This document shows, piece after piece, positions 32,411 to 36,260 of a stretch of 36,260 bases of DNA. A model generated the notes under the pieces. It had not been told where the DNA came from and ran no database searches. It saw only the letters and a program-made list of their open reading frames with translations. A program made the position numbers and the translations under genes. Each line of letters starts with the position of its first letter. The stretch's first letter is position 1. This stretch comes from a virus. The stretch covers positions 1 to 36,260 of the IMG/VR virus record IMGVR_UViG_3300029207_000009. The stretch is one strand, 5' to 3'.

Positions 32411-32600
32411 AATTAAAAATCCCCGGTGTCTGCCAAACACCAGGGAAAATCCCGAGTAATATATACGGCGAAGGATTCGCATTGCAATTTACTGAAGTAA
32501 TTGCCATTTTGCCAACATGGGCAAAATCGTATAATCATCAAAAAAAATAAGAAACGCCCCTGCTGGTAGTACCTGCGATATTAGATACGCCACTCAGTTT

Positions 32601-32682
32601 GTAAAACAAATAAACGCTCCCACATAGTAGGAGCGTTAAAACAACAGCTCTAATAGAATATCACAAAACAGCTTTGATTACA
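32601..32682 (-). ncRNA. Candidate ~80-nt small RNA (promoter plus intrinsic terminator, no ORF)
   Basis: It lies downstream of the minus-strand promoter at 32689..32716. It ends in AACGCTCC-N9-GGAGCGTT (32637..32613) followed by TATTTGTTTTAC. No start codon with an SD lies between. Confidence 0.4.
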
Positions 32683-32688
32683 AACAAA

Positions 32689-32716
32689 ATTGTATTTTTT
32701 ATGTATTTTCTTTCAA
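32689..32716 (-). promoter_or_regulatory. SigA-type promoter for the candidate sRNA, back-to-back with the NYN promoter
   Basis: The minus strand reads TTGAAA (32716..32711), a 16-nt spacer, then TACAAT (32694..32689). Confidence 0.5.
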
Positions 32717-32722
32717 AAAGTA

Positions 32723-32751
32723 TTGATTTTTAACTGCGATGGGCATATATT
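32723..32751 (+). promoter_or_regulatory. SigA-type promoter of the NYN gene
   Basis: TTGATT (32723..32728), a 17-nt spacer, then TATATT (32746..32751). Confidence 0.6.
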
Positions 32752-32776
32752 TACATTGTAACGAAAGTTACATGTA
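32752..32776. promoter_or_regulatory. Palindrome at the predicted transcription start (operator or 5' hairpin)
   Basis: TACATTGTAAC-GAAA-GTTACATGTA: 10 bp with one bulged T and a GAAA loop. Confidence 0.5.
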
Positions 32777-32812
32777 CAAGTATTTAACGCTAAACGCGAG
32801 GTACAGTTAAGT

Positions 32813-32877
32813 ATATCCCTAGCAGTAATCCTCCCACTATAAGGGAAGTGATGAGCCTAGGGATATTTTTTCTTTTT
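32813..32877 (+). terminator. Leader terminator/attenuator directly upstream of the NYN SD
   Basis: Perfect 10-bp stem ATATCCCTAG...CTAGGGATAT (32813..32822 and 32857..32866) with a 34-nt structured loop, followed by TTTTTTCTTTTT and then AGGAGG. The loop contains CCTCC. Confidence 0.55.
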
Positions 32878-32891
32878 AGGAGGTATAACAT

Positions 32892-33566
32892 ATGATAAGA
32901 ACTGCCATACTTGTTGATGGCGCATTTTACAGAAAGCGCGCATATCATTTATACGGTGATAAATCTCCTGCTGAACGAGCCGATGAATTAGAATGGTATT
33001 GTAAACGACACATCCGTGAAGAGCATAACGAGAAATGTTCTTTATATCGAATTTTTTATTACGATTGTCCTCCAATGGATAAAAAAGTGTACCATCCATT
33101 TCTCAAGCGACAGATCGACTTTGGAAAGACACCAGATTATAAATGGGCTACTGAATTCTTTAAAGAATTGACTCACAAAAGAAAATTTGCTCTTCGAATG
33201 GGACGCTTAGCTGAAGAACAAGCAGCATTCAACATACGCCCAAATATAACAAAAAAATTATGCAACGGTTCCCTGAATTTTGACCAACTCACTGAAAAAG
33301 ATTTTGCTATTGATGTAAAACAAAAAGGTGTTGACATGCGTATTGGTGTCGACATTTCTTCATTGGCATTTAAAAAGCAAGTCGACAGAATTATCTTAAT
33401 CGCCGGGGACAGTGATTTTGTTCCAGCATCTAAACAAGCGCGACGTGAAGGAATAGATTTCATACTAGATCCTATGCGCGCACCTATAAAAGATGACTTA
33501 TTCGAACATATTGATGGAATGCGCACAAAAGCTCCAAAGCTTTCAAACGCTACAAGTACAAAATAA
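32892..33566 (+). CDS. NYN-domain (LabA-like, PIN-fold) protein, putative ribonuclease
   Basis: 224 aa. AILVDGAFY at the N-terminus and KGVDMRIGVDISSLAF...RIILIAGDSDFVPASKQARREGIDF match NYN domain hallmarks. Confidence 0.8.
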   Translation: MIRTAILVDGAFYRKRAYHLYGDKSPAERADELEWYCKRHIREEHNEKCSLYRIFYYDCPPMDKKVYHPFLKRQIDFGKTPDYKWATEFFKELTHKRKFALRMGRLAEEQAAFNIRPNITKKLCNGSLNFDQLTEKDFAIDVKQKGVDMRIGVDISSLAFKKQVDRIILIAGDSDFVPASKQARREGIDFILDPMRAPIKDDLFEHIDGMRTKAPKLSNATSTK

Positions 33567-33740
33567 AAAACCGCTCCTGCGCCAACAAGAACGGTTTCCC
33601 CATAATCAATATGAGGACGTATATAACGTATATATCCGAAGAGATACATACAATACTCACAAAAATATTGTATCATCTTCGGGCAGCTATCGCAAGCAGA
33701 ACACACGTTCCGTGCTAGCTGTTATTTTTATACCCATTTT

Positions 33741-33756
33741 TGTGCGACATCGCACA
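33741..33756. repeat. Palindrome TGTGCGACATCGCACA, copy 3 of 3, 23 nt upstream of the integrase ATG and abutting a TATAAT
   Basis: Read directly. TATAAT lies at 33757..33762. Confidence 0.9.
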
Positions 33757-33779
33757 TATAATTACAGGAAGGTGATACA

Positions 33780-35261
33780 ATGAGCGTAAAATATGCATAC
33801 GGCTACATCCGTGTATCCACTCATGATCAGGAAGAGATCTCTCCGGACTCCCAGGAGCACCTCCTCCGGGACTATGCAGCCAAGAACAATATTGTAATCC
33901 TGAAGATCTTCACGGACCTTGGTATTTCCGGAAGAAAAGCCAACAAGCGTCCCGGCTTCCAGGAGATGATCGGACTGGCCAAAGGTGATGATCATCCGGT
34001 TGATCAGATCCTGGTATGGAAGTTTTCCAGGTTCGCCCGGAATCAGGAAGAATCTATCGTCTATAAATCTCTATTAAAAAAGCAACATAATGTAGATGTC
34101 GTGAGCGTATCTGAGCCACTCTCCGATAATCCTTTCGGCAGCCTGATCGAGCGTATCATCGAATGGATGGATGAATACTACTCTATCCGGTTATCTGGCG
34201 AAGTGCATCGTGGAATGAAAGAAAATGCACTCCGCGGAGCATACCAGGCACGTCCGCCGCTTGGCTACAAGGTTGTGGAGCATGGCAAGCCGCCGGTGAT
34301 TGTTCCGGAAGAAGCAAAGATTGTTCGGACTATATTCGAAAAATACACAAATGAAGGCATGAGCTTCTTTGATATCGCCAGATACCTAAATTCTTTAGGA
34401 CTCAAGACTTCGCACGGAAAGCCATTTGAGCGAAGATCTGTCGAATACATCATCCAAAATCCTTCCTATTGTGGCATGATCCGGTGGAACCGGACAGAGA
34501 ATAGCACCAATCGTATCAAAGATAAGGATGAATGGATTGTTACAGAAGGGCAACAGCCGGCTATCATATCAAAGGAATTGTTTGAATCGGCACAGGAACG
34601 ATTTAAAGCCACCTACAAGCAGGTCGGCAAGCGCCCCTCTTCCACTTATAAGCATTGGCTTTCCGGACTGCTGAAATGCCCGGATTGCGGACGCACCTTA
34701 ACCTCAGCCACTATGAAACGAGTCAATGGGGAAAAATACTCTTACTTCTCCTGCTACGGATACAGCAAAGGAAAATGCAAAAAACCGAACGGCATAAGCT
34801 CACTGGTCCTTGAAAAGGAAGTTCTGACCAGCATCAAAGAAATATTGGATACCAAAGATATTGTCTATGAATTGCGTGAATATCAACCCACAGAGCAGTT
34901 TGATGAGCGCAAGGCTATAACAGAACAATTGGAAAGTTTAACCGGCAAAGAGGAACGAATAAAAGCCTCCTACCGGGAAGGGATTGATACACTGGAAGAA
35001 TATAAAGCGAATAAAGCTATCATTCAGAAAGAACGGGAATCCTTAGAACAACAATTAAAGGAATTGAAAAAGGCAGCGCATAAATCTGATCAGGATCCGG
35101 CGGATGCTATGCTGCAGAAGGTACGGAGTGTGTATGATATTCTCATCTCCAACAATTATACATACATTCAAAAGAACGAAGCCCTGAAGCAGATCATCGA
35201 CAAGATTATCTACGATCGCAAGAACGATTCTCTTAAAATCTACTTTTTCCTATACAGGTAA
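33780..35261 (+). CDS. int: Large serine recombinase (integrase)
   Basis: 493 aa. The N-terminal resolvase catalytic motif is YGYIRVSTHDQ. It has a recombinase domain, a zinc ribbon (CPDCGRTL...CYGYSKGKC) and a C-terminal coiled coil. Confidence 0.93.
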   Translation: MSVKYAYGYIRVSTHDQEEISPDSQEHLLRDYAAKNNIVILKIFTDLGISGRKANKRPGFQEMIGLAKGDDHPVDQILVWKFSRFARNQEESIVYKSLLKKQHNVDVVSVSEPLSDNPFGSLIERIIEWMDEYYSIRLSGEVHRGMKENALRGAYQARPPLGYKVVEHGKPPVIVPEEAKIVRTIFEKYTNEGMSFFDIARYLNSLGLKTSHGKPFERRSVEYIIQNPSYCGMIRWNRTENSTNRIKDKDEWIVTEGQQPAIISKELFESAQERFKATYKQVGKRPSSTYKHWLSGLLKCPDCGRTLTSATMKRVNGEKYSYFSCYGYSKGKCKKPNGISSLVLEKEVLTSIKEILDTKDIVYELREYQPTEQFDERKAITEQLESLTGKEERIKASYREGIDTLEEYKANKAIIQKERESLEQQLKELKKAAHKSDQDPADAMLQKVRSVYDILISNNYTYIQKNEALKQIIDKIIYDRKNDSLKIYFFLYR

Positions 35262-35299
35262 AATGCCCGCAAGCCCAGTAAAATCAAGGGTTTGCGTAT

Positions 35300-35351
35300 A
35301 CTTTATAGGTTATGACAATTTGGTTGACCTTTTTGCTATAACCTATAAAGT
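35300..35351. other. Candidate attP (or bidirectional terminator): perfect 14-nt inverted repeat with a 24-nt centre
   Basis: ACTTTATAGGTTAT (35300..35313), 24 nt, then ATAACCTATAAAGT (35338..35351). It lies between the convergent integrase and endolysin genes. Confidence 0.4.
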
Positions 35352-35389
35352 GGATTTTTACCTATTTATATGCTACATTTTAGCAAAAA

Positions 35390-36260
35390 TTATCTAAACT
35401 GAATAGCCTCAATCCTAAGTTCCTGGCCTACGGTTCCAAGAGTTGCTACTCCATCGGCTCTTGTCCAGTCTGTCCATCCGGAACTCTGGATATGAACACG
35501 GTATTCAAAGTCGCCGTCAAAACATAAGCATTCGATACGTTTCTTTTCGCCAACAGTTCCGATAATCGTGTCTTTGGTGATCGTGCCGTAATCCACCCAG
35601 CCTTTGCTCTGGATGTGAGCCTTTGCCTTAATAGTCTTTCCATATGGATTGATTCGGATCGCTTCCAGGCGTAATGCATGGCCTGTGATACCAATCACAT
35701 TCTCTGCGGCTTTTGGTGATAACCATCCCTTACTCTGTACGTGCGGTTCGACGGAGAACATGGATTTCTTAATCTCCAGTGCTTCCATCTGCAGTCCTTT
35801 TCCGGTCGTACCAGCCCACTCTCCGTTGTTGGCCCATTCTGACCAGCCAATACTCTTCTGGTGGACTCTGTACAGGTAGAAAGATTCCTTTCCGGTGATC
35901 TTGATTGCTTCCAGTCTTCTGTTCTGTCCGGTGGTTCCGATCAGAGTGTCTTTGGTGATGTTCTTGTATTCTTTGTTGCCGATTCCTTTCATATGAACAA
36001 CAACATCTGTTTCTCCAACCGGCTGGATGTGCAGTGCTTCGATCCGGCGATTCTGGTTTGTTGAGCCGACCATTAATCCGTCAGACTGCCAAGCTCCCCA
36101 GCCAGCACTTCTCATGTGTGCCTGGTATGAAATTGTACCAAACTTATCCGTCTTGTTCTGGAATACTCCACCGGATTTGATCTCTCCATCGACAGGTTCT
36201 GTTTTCTTGGCTGATGCTACCGGTGCCGCAGATGTGATCCCGAATGCTTTAAGGATTCCT
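35390..36260 (-). CDS. Endolysin, C-terminal cell-wall-binding part with about six ChW (clostridial hydrophobic-W) repeats; same gene as 1..581
   Basis: The track ORF 35390..36115 stays open upstream to the window end. It shows repeated ~45-aa units of the type Y/H-x-x-H-[IVM]-Q/K-S-x-GW-x-x-W...GT-x-G-x-x-x-R-[IL]-E-A, for example YRVHIQSSGWTDWTRADGVATLGTVGQELRIEAIQF. The frame is continuous with 1..581 after wrap-around. Confidence 0.88.
   Translation of the reverse strand, partial: GILKAFGITSAAPVASAKKTEPVDGEIKSGGVFQNKTDKFGTISYQAHMRSAGWGAWQSDGLMVGSTNQNRRIEALHIQPVGETDVVVHMKGIGNKEYKNITKDTLIGTTGQNRRLEAIKITGKESFYLYRVHQKSIGWSEWANNGEWAGTTGKGLQMEALEIKKSMFSVEPHVQSKGWLSPKAAENVIGITGHALRLEAIRINPYGKTIKAKAHIQSKGWVDYGTITKDTIIGTVGEKKRIECLCFDGDFEYRVHIQSSGWTDWTRADGVATLGTVGQELRIEAIQFR
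36162..36260. repeat. Terminal overlap copy 2, identical to 1..99
   Basis: Same comparison as for copy 1. The repeat lies inside the endolysin coding sequence. Confidence 0.97.

Noticed and set aside
32421-32445. Hairpin CCCCGGTGT...ACACCAGGG after the lipoprotein gene as a plus-strand terminator
   Set aside because: It has one mismatch and no downstream U-tract on the plus strand; the T-run is on the opposite strand. It is not listed as a confident terminator, though it may still act bidirectionally.
32813-32891. Whether the NYN leader is a preQ1-type riboswitch (superficial similarity of ...CCCUAGCAGUAAUCC...ACUAUAA...)
   Set aside because: I could not build the required P1 stem and pseudoknot pairing from the sequence. 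It is reported only as a generic terminator/attenuator.
32411-32891. Search for a tRNA or tRNA-fragment attachment site in the large non-coding gap
   Set aside because: No cloverleaf arrangement was seen (acceptor stem, T-loop GTTCGAATC-like box). Serine integrases also do not typically target tRNA 3' ends.
32857-33995. Minus-strand ORFs 32857..33099, 33173..33706 and 33762..33995, and plus-strand 33493..33783
   Set aside because: They are antisense to, or overlap, the NYN and integrase genes, both of which carry clear domain motifs. No start signals were seen.
35446-36064. Alternative-frame and antisense ORFs inside the ChW repeat region (35446..35694 minus; 35649..35879 and 35861..36064 plus)
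   Set aside because: The ChW repeat periodicity is visible only in the 35390..36260 minus frame.

Overview
The window is a complete, circularly closed genome of a temperate siphovirus-type phage or excised prophage. The host looks like a Clostridia-like Firmicute, judging from ChW cell-wall-binding repeats, SD usage and gene families. Bases 1-99 are repeated verbatim at 36162-36260, so the unique length is 36161 nt.

From 1 to about 29.6 kb almost everything is on the minus strand, in this order:
- lysis cassette: an amidase+ChW endolysin split by the window edge, a holin and a TM protein
- tail module: CBM5/12 protein, receptor-binding protein, Tal-like, Dit, tape measure, Gp15-like and chaperone-like proteins, major tail
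- head-tail connectors, major capsid and GP20-type scaffold
- a MuF/minor-capsid protein with a long C-terminal extension, then portal, TerL and TerS
- an AT-rich membrane-protein moron bracketed by terminators
- a sigma-region-4-like late activator
- replication/recombination module: ParB-like Cys-rich protein, iteron origin, DUF927-type helicase, CHC2 zinc-finger protein, ERCC4-type nuclease, DUF669 SSB, Sak4-like ATPase, Gp157
- small early genes and a Cro-like HTH

The plus strand carries the lysogeny side. It holds a small promoter-equipped TM gene, a cI-like XRE repressor, an ImmA-like protein and three AT-rich cargo genes. The cargo genes are an HsdR-N-type PD-(D/E)xK protein, a lipoprotein and a NYN/PIN-like protein with its own promoter, operator and leader terminator. 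A large serine integrase and a candidate attP follow.

I saw no rRNA, tRNA, CRISPR array, transposase or reverse transcriptase.

The most interesting signals are:
- the lysogeny cargo island with a divergent candidate sRNA
- the terminase-proximal moron
- a 16-nt palindrome present three times, before the endolysin, before the integrase and inside a replication gene
- the GTTACC iteron origin
- SSB-like EELPF tails on two replication proteins
- the MuF C-terminal His-rich extension

All functional calls rest on motif recognition by eye. No database search was run.
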